From the NCBI RefSeq assembly GCF_009914755.1, contig NC_060926.1: a DNA stretch of 64,000 nt. The stretch is one strand, 5' to 3'. This stretch comes from the human T2T-CHM13v2.0 reference genome, Homo sapiens. How positions within the stretch are numbered: the first letter of the stretch is position 1; each line of letters starts with the position of its first letter. The position numbers and the translations under genes are program-made. Under the pieces are notes generated by a model. The model ran no database searches. It worked only from the letters and a program-made list of their open reading frames with translations, and was not told where the DNA came from. This document shows, piece after piece, positions 26,248-41,024 of this stretch.

Positions 26248-26623
26248 TGGTATGGGTCAGATGTTTGTTCCCTTCAAATCTCTTGTTGAAATGTGATTCC
26301 CAGTGTTGGAGGTGGGTCTTGGTGGGAGATAATTGGATTATGGGGGCAGATCCCTCATGAATGATGTAGCACCATCCCTTTAGTGATAAGTGAGTTCTTG
26401 CTTGGTTCACGTGAGAACTGGTTGTTTAAAATTAGTCTGGGAGCCCCCCCACCATGTGACATGCTGGCTCCACTTCTGCCATGATTACACCTCACCAGAA
26501 GTACGTGCCAGCACTGTGCTTTGTGTAAAGCCTGCAGAACCAAGAGCCGATTAAACCTCTTTTCTTTATAAATTACCCAGCCTCAGGTATTCCTTCATAC
26601 GATCATAAGAATGGACTGATACA
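26248..26623 (+). mobile_element. MST-type MaLR solo LTR inserted in L1
   Basis: tggtatgg...gactgataca termini, ATTAAA-cctcttttctttataaattacccag motif, near-identical 5-bp TSD ctctt/ctcct. Confidence 0.82.
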
Positions 26624-26847
26624 CTCCTAGAAGAAAACATAGGGGAAAAAGCTCCTTGATTCTGGTCTTGACAATGGTTTTTATAAATATGACACCAAAA
26701 GCACAGGCAACAAAAGCAAGAAAAGATGAGAGTGACTACATCAAACTAAAAGGCTTCTGCACAGCAAAGGACACAAAATGAAAAGGCAATTTATGGAATG
26801 GGAGAAAATGTGCAAACCATACATCTATCTGATAAGGGGTTTATATC

Positions 26848-26900
<53 letters not shown>
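26848..26900. repeat. Compound (TG)n(TA)n microsatellite
   Basis: Read directly. Confidence 0.95.
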
Positions 26901-26904
<4 letters not shown>

Positions 26905-27253
26905 GATTCATACAACTTAATAGCAAAAAACCAAATAACCAGATTTTAAAAAGACCTAAGTAGACATTTTTTCAAAGAAGACACACAGGCGTCCAACAGG
27001 TATGTGAAAATGTGCTCAACATCACTAATCATTAGGGAAATGCAAGTCAAAACAAAAAGGAGCTGTCACCTCACACTTGTTAGGGTGGCTATCAAAAGAG
27101 AGATAAGTGTTGGCAAGCAGGTGGAGAAAAGAGAATCCTTGTGTGCAGTGAGAATGTAAATTGGAACAGCCATTATGAAAAACTGGTTCCGGCCGGGTGT
27201 GGTGGCTCATGCCTGTAATCCCAGCACTTTGGGAGGCCGAGGCAGGCAGATTA

Positions 27254-27520
<267 letters not shown>

Positions 27521-27707
27521 CTAAAATTAAAAATAGGACAAACATACAATCCCACTTCTGGGTATATATCCCTAGGGAATGAAATCATTATCTCAAAGAG
27601 ACATCTGCACACCCATGTTCATTTCAGCATTATTCATGGTAGCTAAGATATGGAAACAACCTAAGTGTCAGTGGATGAATGGATGAAGAAAATGTGTACT
27701 GCATGCA

Positions 27708-27908
27708 CAGTTCTCCTTCAGTCTACATGGGGCATTGGTTCTAGGACCCCCAAGTATACCCAAATCTGCATATACTCAAATCCTGCAGTCACCCTTGTGG
27801 AACGCGTGTATATGAAAAGTCATCTGTCCCATCTGTATATGTGGATGAATACTGTATTTGTTTGAAAATAATCTGTATATTGGACCCACACAGTTAAAGG
27901 GTCAACTG
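27708..27908. mobile_element. MER2 (Tigger-family MITE)
   Basis: ggggcattggttctaggacccc ... aagggtcaactg termini. Confidence 0.65.
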
Positions 27909-28263
27909 CATATGTAATAGAATATTATTCAGCCATAAAAAGAAGGAAACCCTGCTATTTGTGACAACATGGATGAACCTGGAGAACATTAGGTAAGTGA
28001 AATAAGCCAGGCACAGAAAGACAAATACCGTATGATTTCACTTATATGAGGAATCTAAAAAGTTGAACCCATAGAATGAAGCAGATAATAGAATCTGCTT
28101 CTATTATCGGCCAAGGGCCGTTGGGAGGTGGGGAGAAATGGGGAGATGTTAGTCACAGGGCACAAACTTGTAGTTATAGGATGAATGTGTTTTGGGGGTC
28201 TAATGTACTGTGTAGTAACTATAGTTAATAATATTGTATACTTGAAATTTACTAAGTCAGTAG

Positions 28264-28551
<288 letters not shown>

Positions 28552-28769
28552 TGAGAGTAGATTTTAAGTGTTGCCCACTCCCCGCTCCCACCAAAGATAA
28601 TCAAGAAATGATTATCTTGATTGTGATAACCATTTTACAGTTTATGTGTGTATCATGTCATCATGTTGTACACTTTAAATATATACAGTTTTTGTCAGTT
28701 ATACCTCAGCAAAGCTGAAAAAAAAAACCCAAAGCAAACTGAACCAAAACAATATTGCCTGCAAGCCAC

Positions 28770-29268
28770 AAACAATCAGCATCTAGCCTTGACATCATCT
28801 CCTGTTACACTCCTTTACCCTTCTTTGTTCACTCAACTTCAGCCACTTTGGCATCCTTTTCTTGAACATACCAGGCATACTTCTGCCTCAGGGCCTTTTT
28901 GCTTTGTATTTGTTATGCCCTCTGCCAGGAGTACTCTACTCCAAGATAGTTGCATGATTGGTTCTTTTACTTCCTTCAAGCTTTTGCTGATACATCACGT
29001 TCTTGATGACCCCTTCCTGGCTACTCTGTGTAAAATTATAACATACTCCTGCCCCTTGCTCACTCTCCCTTTGCTTATACTTATCCTTCCATGCTTTTTT
29101 TACGCCTACATATTTTCTCTTAACATACAGTGTTTCTTATTTATTTGTGTGTTTTCCCTCCCTGGTATGTGAGGGCAGAGATTTTTGTCTCTTACTCATT
29201 TCCAGTACCTGGAACAGTGCCTGGCACAAAATAGGCACTCCGTAAATATTCGCTAAATGAGCGAATTA
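28770..29268 (+). mobile_element. L2 3' end fragment
   Basis: gagggcagagatttttgtct ... acagtgcctggcacaaaataggcactc ... aaatgagcgaat tail motif. Confidence 0.75.
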
Positions 29269-30445
29269 GATCTTTTCTAGTAAGCATTAGAAAATGTCGG
29301 AGGGCAGTGAAATAAATTAGTTTTGGGCCAGGCTCAGTGGCTCACTCCTATAATCCTAGCACTTTGGGAGGCTGAGGCAGGCAGACTTCCTGAGCTCAGG
29401 AGTTTGAGACCACCTTGGCCAAGATGGCGAAACCCCATCTCTACTAAAAACAAAAAAATTTCTCCGGGCTTGTTGGTGTGCACCAGTAGTGCCTCGGGAG
29501 GCTGAGGCACGAGAGTTGCTTGAACCCGGGTGGCAGAGGTTACAGTGAGCCTAGATTGCACCACTGCACTCCAGCCTGGGCAACAGAGCGAGACTCCATC
29601 TCAAAAAAAAACAAAAGAAATTAGTTTTGCAAATTTGAAGAGTTGATAGATTTATGCTCTGGAAAATGAAAGTTGGCAAATACTTTTTATTTGTCCAGAA
29701 TATTTAATGTAGATATGGCCAACAGAATTGACACTAATATTCCACATGTGGTTGGTGCTTTAGGGTTAAGCAGTTTATTTACAGTTACTTAGTGCAGGAC
29801 TTACTCAATAGTGGAAGCTCATCAAATGTCTGAACTGATCTACAGCTTCCTGGGAGGTATAAGCAAGGGAGATATTCCTATTATAACATATTAGATGAGA
29901 CAACTCAAGTTTACCTCTGACTCTGCTAAACTAAAATTCTGTGAAGAGAGGAATTATGTTCATTTTTTTTTTGCCTGTTATGTCCTCATTTCTTAGTGTT
30001 CAGTAAATTTTTGTTGAGTAAAATGAACTTATGACTCACACCATTTATTTTATTATATGTTTTTTTCCTTCCTGGTCGTTCAAAAATAGTTATTGAGCAT
30101 CTTTCCATTCTGTGAGGTCAGTGGTAAGTAACTCATGGACCAAGTCTAGTTCTGTTACCATTTTGATTTCTATGAAGAATCTTCGTTGTAAATTTTGAAT
30201 TAATGGAGTTGAACTGCATATAATATGGGACTGTTTTTTTGTTTTTCTTGATGTTATGTGGCCTTACCCACTTATGTGTTGAAGGCTTTTCATAAAGGCA
30301 AGGAGATAGGTTGTTAGGAACCTACGAAACAAAGTTGAATAGGGGAAGCCAACAAGGGATGCCAGCATCTTTCAATATGTAGTACCACAAGTTTTCTGCC
30401 AGCAGATAGTGCTTAAATAGTGATTCCATGTCTCCCTCAAAACCT

Positions 30446-30446
30446 T

Positions 30447-30489
<43 letters not shown>

Positions 30490-30492
30490 TTT
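30446..30492. repeat. (TTTA)n tetranucleotide repeat (Alu tail)
   Basis: Read directly. Confidence 0.92.
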
Positions 30493-31004
30493 TTGAGACA
30501 AGGTCTCACTCTGTCATCCAGGCTGGAGTGCAGTGGCGTGATCTCAGCTCACTGCAGCCTCTGCCTCCTGGTCTCAGGCACTCCTTCTGCCTCAGCCTCC
30601 TTAGTACTACTGCTGGGATTACAGGTGCTCGCCACCATGCCTGGCTAATCGCCCTCAAAACCTTTTATTCTGAATCTAGAAGAGCAGGCTAGGTTGACAA
30701 AAATATTTAAATTGCCTGGCTTGATATAATGTCTATACACACACACATCTCATTGTTTTTGAGAGAAAAGGAAGTTTAAATTTATGGACATGAAATTTAT
30801 ATTATTTCTAGTTTTTTAATCATTCATGCATTTGTTTATAATGCATTAACATGCATAATTATGAATTTTATTCATGTGTAAATAATACAGTCTATACCGT
30901 TAACAAAAGACCATGAGATCTGTGGAAGAAGAAAAAGGAGAACTTTATTTCCTATAGAGGATTACAGCCTGCAGATTGGGAAGTGGAGCCTCCAGCCAAA
31001 ACTA

Positions 31005-31256
<252 letters not shown>

Positions 31257-32526
31257 TCAAAAAACATAAAAAAATTTGATGTTAGCAGGTTAGTTTGTGG
31301 TACAAACATGTTATGTGCATGTAATGACAAGGCATTATATTCCAGGTTTTTTTTTCCTTCTTTTGAAATGAGTGATTAAAGATAGAATTTCTAGGACTAT
31401 TTATTTATTTTTGAAATAGAGATGGGGTTGCTCAGGGTGATCTCCAACTCCTGACCTCAAAGACATCCTCCTGCTTGGGCCTCCCAAAGTGTTGAGATTA
31501 CAAGTGTGAGCCACTATGCCCAGCACTTCAGAGTTATTAATGAGGTTTAAAAACATGTTTTTAGAAGTAGATTTAAAGCTCTCTGATTGAGATTGGTTTA
31601 ATACTATTTGATGTTATTTGCATATAGGCTCTTCTGACAAAAATATGTTAATTAAATCATGTCCTCTTTGGCCACTAATCAGGTCCCCTTTCTCCCTTTC
31701 CAAAAGTAACAGTTTTTGTCCAAGTTAGTTAAAACACTATTTTTTGGTGTATGTGGTGGCTCACACCTCTAATCTCAGCACTTTGGGAGGCTGAGGTGGG
31801 AGGATTGCTTGAGCCCAGGAGTTTGAGACTAGCCTTGGCAAAAAGACGAGAGAGACCCCGTCTCTACAAAAATTACAGAAATTAGCTGGATATAGAGGTG
31901 TGTGATGGTGTCCCAGCTAGTTGGGAGGCTGAGGTGGGACGATTGCTTGAGCTCAGGGTTGGAGGCTGCAGTGACCCTTGATAGTGCTTGAAATGTCAAA
32001 TGTTACTATTCATTTATATATTTCCATTTGGTTCTTACTCCATAGTAAAGCTTAGCGCTTCAACTGTTTAGAGACAGTCTTATTGAGCAGCATAAGTTGT
32101 ACCATCTTACAATTATAAGAAAAGACTATAGGCCATTAATAATATTCATAGAAAGGAAACAATCTTTAATAATAAAACCCCAACAATGCCAGTAATTGCT
32201 TTAAAGTACTAATGATGTATTTCCTGATGAAAAAATCAAGAACAATATAATTTTTAAATTTTTTTTTCCTTTTTTTTTGAGACAGGGTCTCTTGCTCTAT
32301 TGCCCAGGTTGGAGTGCAGGGGCGTGATCATGTCTCACTGCAGTCTCTGCCTCCTGGGTTCAAGCGATTCTTCTGCCTTAGCCTCCTGAGTAGCTGTGAT
32401 TACAGGCAACTGCCGCCACACCCGGCTAATTTTTGCTTTGTTGTTGTTGTTGTTGTTGTTTTTGTTTTTTTTTTTGAGTCGGAGGTTTGCTCTTATTGCC
32501 CAGGCTGTAGTACAATGGCATGATCT

Positions 32527-33370
32527 TTAGAGGTGAAGCCAGCTGGGCTTCTGGGTCCGGTGGGGACTTGGAGAATTTTTCTGTCTTGCTAAAGGATTGT
32601 AAACACACCAAACAGTGCTCTGTGTCTAGCTAAAGGTTTGTAAGCGCACCAATCAGCACTCTGTAAAAACGGACCAATCAGGACTCTGTGTCTAGCTAAA
32701 GGTTTGCAAGCGCACCAATCTGCACTTTGTAAAAACGCACCAGTCAGCGCTCTGTGTCTTGCTAAAGGTTTGTAAATGCACCAATAAGCACTCTGTAAAA
32801 ACGAACCAATCAGCGCTCTGTAAAATGGACCAACCAGTGCTCTGTAAAATGGACCAACCAGTGCTCTGTAAAATGGACCAATCAGTAGGACGTGGGCATC
32901 ACAAAATAAGGGAATAAAAGCTGGCTGCCGGAGCCCGCAGTGGCAACCCGCCGGGGTCCTCTTCCATGCTGTGGAAGCTTTCTTCTTAGGCTCTTCCCCA
33001 GTAAATCTTGCTGCTGCTCACTCTTTGGGTCCGCACTACCTTTATGAGTTGTAACACTCACATTGAAGGTCTGCAGCTTCACTCCTGAAGCCAGCGAGAC
33101 CACAAACTTATCGGGAGGAACAAATAACTCCAGACACGCCATTTTGAGAGCTGTAACGCTCACTGCGAAGGTCTGTGGCTTCACCCTGAAGTCAAGCGAA
33201 ACCAGGAACCCACTGGAAGGAAGAAACTCCGGACAGATCTGAACATCTGAAGGAACAAACTCCGGACACACCATCTTTAAGAACTGTAACATTCACGGCG
33301 AGGGTCCACGGGTTCATTCTTGAAGTCAGCCAGACCAAGAACCCACCGGAAGGAACCAATTCCGGACACA
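32527..33370 (+). mobile_element. LTR12 (HERV9) solo LTR inserted into an Alu, sense to ABI2
   Basis: Starts t(t)agaggtgaagccagctgggc and ends ...ccggacaca. Tandem U3 repeats with six CCAAT; AATAAA TATA-like box 32913-32918; AGTAAA 33000-33005. 4-bp TSD ATCT at 32523-32526 and 33371-33374, splitting the Alu sequence ggcatgatct|tagctcactgc. Confidence 0.93.
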
Positions 33371-33437
33371 ATCTTAGCTCACTGCAATCTCCACCTCCTG
33401 GGTTCAAGCGATTCTCCTGCCTCAGCCTCCTGAGTAG

Positions 33438-33605
<168 letters not shown>

Positions 33606-35817
33606 TAATTTTTGTATTTTTAGTAGAGACGGGGTTTCACCACATTGGCCAGGCTGGTTTCAAACTCCTGACCTCAAGTGATCCACTGGCCTCGGCCTCC
33701 CAGAGTGCTGGGGTTACAGGCGTGAGGCACTGTGCCCAGCAATATTTTCTTTTTTAATCAGATGAGTTTTGCTTTTGACAAAAATTTGCTTCTGGCCGGG
33801 CACGGTGGCTCACGCCTGTAATCCCAGCACTTTAGGAGGCCGAGGCGGGCAAATCACCTGAGATCAGGAGTTTAAGACTAGCCAGGACAACATGGTGAAA
33901 CCCTGTCTCTACTAAAAATACACACGCGCACACACACACACAAACTGAGGCAGGAGAATCGCTTGAACTGGGGAGGTGGTGGTTGCAGTGAATGGAGATC
34001 ATGCCATTCACTCCAGTCTGGGTGACAAGAGTGAAACTCCATCTCAAAAAAAAAAAAATTGCTTGTAATTCTATGTTGATTCCAAATAAGATTTCAGAAT
34101 AGTAAGCTATTTCCCAACTATTTAAATCTTTGAGGAGTTTATTGTTGCAGATGTGCAAACCAGATAGATCTACCGGATGCTACTTTGGTATTTGGTATCT
34201 TTTTCAGGTTTTTGCTAACAACCACAAAAGACTATGTTTGTTTGTTTGTTTGTATATTAGAGGAAAATATTTCTGCAGCTTGGGAATATATGGGACTAAT
34301 AGGCATGTGTATCACCAGTGTGTATGATACCATATTACTGCCTGAATGAACACATCAGCTGTAAGAAGGAAGGTGAGAATTTGAGAAATACTGGTCTGTG
34401 TTTTGGGTTTATCCATTACTGGAGTTGCACGTTTTCCCTTGTCATAATTCCTGTAGCTTTTAGCTCTTCCTCATTGTCTGTTGAGTTGAATTAACTCTTT
34501 CTCCCCCACCACATTTAACTCTAGGGAGTGTAAACTTGTGCTGTTCTCTTTCTCATTCCATGTTTCTGTTGTCTTTTAGTTAACATCTTGTCTTTGAGGG
34601 GAATGAATTAACTTCTTTAAGGGAAGTGAATTAACTACTTTGAGAGAAATAGGAGAAAGAGCAGGGACAAAATAATAACCTGTGGCCAAAAGGAGGGGAT
34701 GTGATGTATGATGAAATGTCATTCCTTTATCTTATCTTATATTCTTGCAGTGCTAGCTGTTAAAATGGATCCAGTAGACCTTAAACCTAGGCCCTTGTTT
34801 GTGCTGCCCGACTTCATGTGCTATAGTGCATTTTAAAATTTATTCAGCCATTCATTTCTTATCTTATAAACTTGAATTTGTTTTAATTTTGTATAGTTTT
34901 TCTTATTTAGGAAGGACTTTGTGTTCTTGCATGAGTTTCATATAATAGAGTTTGAAACTAAGCTATTAAATTATGATGATTGCCCTAACATGTGCATCAG
35001 GTACTTTTTTGTTTTGTAGTTGGTTTTATTGGAGCCATTGCATGTCCTAACAGGGTAATGAGTGATCATATAGAAAGCAAGGAAGTGATGGGTTTGGTCT
35101 CTGGTCAAACCATAGAAGTGAGTTGAGTAATTCATTTTTGCTCTATTTTTCCATCTGAAAATGGGAAGGATGATATCCTGACTCCCAGTTTATGCAAGTT
35201 TTGTTCATAGATAAAGGTGCACTGGTTTTCACTCATCTTTTGTGTGAAATTTCTGGTGGCATAGGAATTTAGAAAGAAATCAATAAACTTGTGATTCTTG
35301 TTCTGAAGATACTTCTAGCCTTGTAATCCCATAATGGACATAAGACCATTACACGAAGAACCGTAGCATGTAGTAAATGGCATGATGACATTACCACCCA
35401 AGGAAAATGTGCAGTGGAAACTCATGGTTCAATTTGACAAGGCGTTTATCAATCTCCACCATGTGCCAAGCCTTTCTGGGCAGCTGAGAGAAGAGATAAC
35501 AAAATAGTTTCTGTTTTAGAGAACAGGGAATAGAAATGATATAAGGATTGAGATGATATTTTTATAATACTTTAGGTTTATTCTGCACAGGCAAACTGTG
35601 TATTATACGACACATAACTTATGACACTTAGGTTTCTAACTGGGAAATTGTAGGTGCTTGTTTGGTTATTGGGTGTTGTTAATGGCTTTTTGGTTTGGCA
35701 GTTTGTCTAAGGCCTAGCAGTTGTTTGAGGAACATTTACATATAGGATTAACCTTTTGTAATGTTTTCAGAATCCTGCAGTTTCGATGCTTTCTAGATAT
35801 TTAGGATTTGATCATTA

Positions 35818-36190
<373 letters not shown>

Positions 36191-36847
36191 TTAAAGTTTG
36201 TTTATTCCTAGGGAGTAATAGTTCCCACATTAAACATGAAGAGTTTTTCAAAACTCAGTGATCATTCTAATTGGTATGAAGCATGCAGGAGGTAATTAGC
36301 TTAAGATGCAATGGTGGAAAACATGCATAATTTATATACAAGCCTTGTTACATGTGCAGCTATGAAAGAGTTCTTTTTCATATGGTCAGTTATATGTTAT
36401 ATGTCGACAAGATAATTAAAAGTAGATTTATAAGCCAAAATTTAATGATGGTTAAGTTAATGGAAATTTTCCCTCAATTAAAAACATTCAACAATAATGT
36501 AATATCACCTCACCTGGGTGAAATGAGTTTATTTTATCTTATTATTTTTTTAATAGGCTTTACTTTTTAGAGCAGTTTTAGGTTTACACTGTGAAATTGA
36601 GAAGAAGGTACAGAGATTTCTCATGTATTTTCTTCCTCCCATCACGTATGTACAGCCGCCTCCATTATTAATATCCGTCTCCAGAGTGGTACATCATTAT
36701 AATTGATGAATCTACACATCATTATCACCCAAAATTTCTTTTATTTTTAATTAAAAATTTTTTTAAAAAATAGTACAAAGCCCCCTGAACCTTGCTGAAG
36801 GTGTTTTTTTTTGTTTTTTGTTTGTTTGTTTGTTTGTTTGTTTTTGA

Positions 36848-36952
<105 letters not shown>

Positions 36953-37319
36953 TGAGTAGCTGGGATTAGAGGCATGTGCCACTGCACCCGAGTAATTTTT
37001 TTTTTTGTATTTTTTTTTTTAGAGGTGGGCTTTTGCCTTGTTGCGCAAGCTGGTCTCCAACTCCTGAACTCAAACAGTCTGCCTGCCTTGGCTTCCCAAA
37101 GTGCTGGGGTTACAGGCATTAGCCTCTGAACCCAGCTGGTGCCCTATAACTCTTGAACACTTTAGTGTGTTTTTTCCACAAACAAGAATGTTTTCCTGAT
37201 TAATCACAAAATAGTCATAACAATCAGGAAATAATATTGATATATTTCCACTGTCTAATCCTGAAGTCTCCATTAACATTTTGCCATGTTTTCCAGTGAT
37301 ATCCTTTCTTCTTTTTTGA

Positions 37320-37631
<312 letters not shown>

Positions 37632-38460
37632 TAATATTCTAGTACATGGATAATACCACATTTTGTTTACCCATTTGTCAGTTGATTGACATTCTGATTT
37701 TTCCACCTTTTGCCAATTATGAGTAATTTCATAACATATAACGTTATAAATATTCATGTACAAGTTTTTGTGTGGGCATATGTGCTCGTTTCTTTGGGGT
37801 ATATACCTAAGAGTAGAATTGCTGGATCATATGGTAACTGTATATTTAACCATTTGAGGAACTGCCAGCCTGTTTTCCCAGGTAGTTGCACTATTTTCCA
37901 TTTCCACCATCAGTGTGTGAGCGTTCCAGTTTCTCCACATTGTTGTCAGCATTTGTGGACTGTCTCTTTATTTAAATTCAATTAAATTTTTTGAGACAGA
38001 ATCTCACTGTCACCTAGGCGGGAGTGCAGTGGTGCTATCTTGGCTCACTGTAACCTCTGTCTCCCGGATTCAAGCCATTCTCATGCCTCAACCTTTTGAG
38101 TAGCTGGGATTATGGGTGTGCATTACTATGCCCGGCTAATTCTCGTATTTTTAGTAGAGACGAGGTTTCACCGTGTTGGCCTGGCTGGCCTCGAACTCCT
38201 GACCTCAGGTGATCCTCCCGCCTCGTGACCAACCACGCCTGGCCAACGGTCTCTGTTTTTAAGAGACAGGGTCAGTCTCTGTCGCCCAGGCTGGAGTACA
38301 GCGGCATGATCATAAGCTCACTGTAATCTGGAACTCATGGGCTCAAGCAAGCCTCCAGCCTTAGTCTCCCTAGTAGCTAGGACTAGAGGTAGACACTACC
38401 ACATCTGGTTACTATTTTTTCTTTTTCTTTCTTTTCTTTTTTTTTTTTTTTTAAAGTTGA

Positions 38461-38670
<210 letters not shown>

Positions 38671-38755
38671 TGATCCACCCGCCTCGGCCTCCCAAAGTGC
38701 TGGGATTATAGGCATGAGCCACTGTTCCCGGCCTTTTCTTTGTTTTTGTTGTGTG

Positions 38756-38758
<3 letters not shown>

Positions 38759-38794
<36 letters not shown>

Positions 38795-38795
38795 C
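38759..38795. repeat. (TG)n(CG)n alternating purine-pyrimidine tract
   Basis: Read directly. Confidence 0.93.
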
Positions 38796-39754
38796 ATACT
38801 TTTAGGTGTTATATATAAGAAACTATTGCCTAATCCAGAGTCTTTGAAGATTTTCTCCTAGGAGTTTTATAGTTTTAGCTCTTACATTTAGATCTTTGAT
38901 CCATTTTGAGTTAATTTTTGCATATGTTGTAAAGTAGGGGTTCATATTTACTCTTTTGCATGTCACTATCCAGTTGACCCAACACCATTTGTTTAAAAGC
39001 CTTTTCTTTCCCTCGTTAAATTGTTTTGGCATCTTCGTCAAAAATTACCCATAAATGTGCAGTTTTATTTCTGGACTCTGAATTCCATTGATCTATATGT
39101 CTATCTGTATGCCAGTACTTCAGTGTTTTTATTACTGTACTTTTATAGTTTTAAAATTGTGACGTATCTTCTACCTTTGTTCTTCCGTTTCAGGATTATT
39201 TTGGCTATTCTATAGCCCCTGAATTTCCATATAAATTTTAGGATCATTTGTTAATTTCTGCCACAAAGGCAGCTGGGATTTTGACAGTAATTATATTGAA
39301 TCTGTAGATAAACTTGGGGAGCCATCTTAATGATAGTAACTTTTCTGATCCATGAACATGGATGTCTTTTCATTTACATCATCTTAAAATTTCTTTCAAT
39401 GATGTTTTGTAGTTTTCAGTGTTTAGTTTTTTTTTTTTTTTTCCTTTAGAGATGGGGTCTTGGTATGTCATGCAGGCTGGAATGCAGTGGTGTGATCATA
39501 GCTCACTGCAGCCTTGAACTCCTGTGCTCAAGTGATCATCCTGCCTCAGTCTCTCAGTAGTCTGGGACTACAGGTGCGTGCTACTGTGCCCGGCTGATTT
39601 TCGTATTTTTTGTAGAGCCAGCATCTCACTTCATTGCTCAGGCTGGTCCCAAACTCCTGGCCTCAAGCAGTCCTCCCACTGTGGCCTCCCCAAGTGCTGG
39701 TATTACAGGAGTGAACTACCGCACCCAGCCAGTTTTCAGTGTTTCAGTCTCGTA

Positions 39755-41024
39755 CAGTCATGCGCAGCATAATGATGTTCTGGTCAATGATGGACAGCAT
39801 ATATGATGGTGGTCCCATAAGATTATAACAGCTGAAAAATTCCTAACACCTAGTGACATGGTAGCCGTCCTAATGTTGTAGCACAATGCATTACTCTTGT
39901 GTTTGTGGTGATTCTGGTGTAAACAAACCTACTTCGCTACTAGTCGTTATAGAAGAGCAAAGGCAGAAGACACACACATCACAATTTTAAAACTATGAAA
40001 GTACAATAATAAAGACACTGTGGTACTGGCATACAGATACACATATAGATGTAGCAGCTGGTTGTCCAGGCTGGGTGGGGTGCTGCCCCCATGCCTATAA
40101 TCCCAGCTTTTTGGGAGCCCGAGATGGAAGGACGGCTTGAGTTCAGAAGTTCAAGGTTACAGTGATAATAATAAAGATTATTACTGGTATATGTATTTAT
40201 GATATTGTACTTTTTATTTTAGAGTTTACTCCTACTTATTAAAAAAAAGTTAACTGTAAAGGAGTCTCAGGCAGTCCTTCAGGAGGATTCCAGATGAAGG
40301 CATTGTTATCAGAGGAGATGACAGTTCCATAAGTGTTATTGCCTGTGATGACCTTCCAGTGGAACAAGATGTGGAGGTGGAAGACAGTGATATTGATGAT
40401 CCTGACCCTGTGTAGGGTTAGGCTAATACGTCTGTGTCTCGGTTTTTAACAAAAAAAGTTAAAGAAAAAAAAAATAGAGAAAAGAGAAAATGATATAAAG
40501 AAAAAAATGTTGTACAACTGCATAATGTATTTTTATTACAACAGTCAAAAGTTTATGAGGTAAAAATTACAGTAAAGGTTAATTTATTATTGGAGAGAGA
40601 AAATTTAAGAAATAAATTTAGCGTAGCATAAATCTACAGTGTTTTTAAAGTCTACAGTACTGTACAGTAATGTCCTAGGCCCTCCTATTACCCAGACATG
40701 TTCTAGTCCTGTAAGCTGCGTTGATGGTAAGTGCCCTATGCAGGTATACCATTTTTTATCTTTTATGCTGTGTTGTTACTGTACCTTCTCTATGTTTAGG
40801 TATTCAAATGCTTACCATTATGTTAAAACTCTCTATAGTATTCCATATGGTAACATACTGTACAGGTTTGTCGTGTAGGAGCAGTAGGCTATACCATATA
40901 GCCTAGTGTGTAGTATGCTCTTTCATCTAGATTTGCGAAGTTTACTCTGTGATGTTTGCACAGTGACAGAATTGTCTAATGACGCATTTCTCAGAATGTA
41001 TCCCTGTTAAGTGATGCATGACTG
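39755..41024. mobile_element. Tigger3b-like TcMar DNA transposon, nested in an old L1
   Basis: TIRs cagtcatgcgcagcataatga ... ttaagtgatgcatgactg with TA duplications on both sides; internal sequence resembles Tigger3. Confidence 0.8.

Noticed and set aside
28648-29172. 174-aa ORF on the + strand
   Set aside because: Spans an L1 tail and an L2 fragment, begins at a non-ATG codon and resembles no protein I know.
32590-32890. Regularly spaced repeats resembling a CRISPR array
   Set aside because: These are LTR12 U3 tandem CCAAT repeats with no unique spacers, in eukaryotic DNA.
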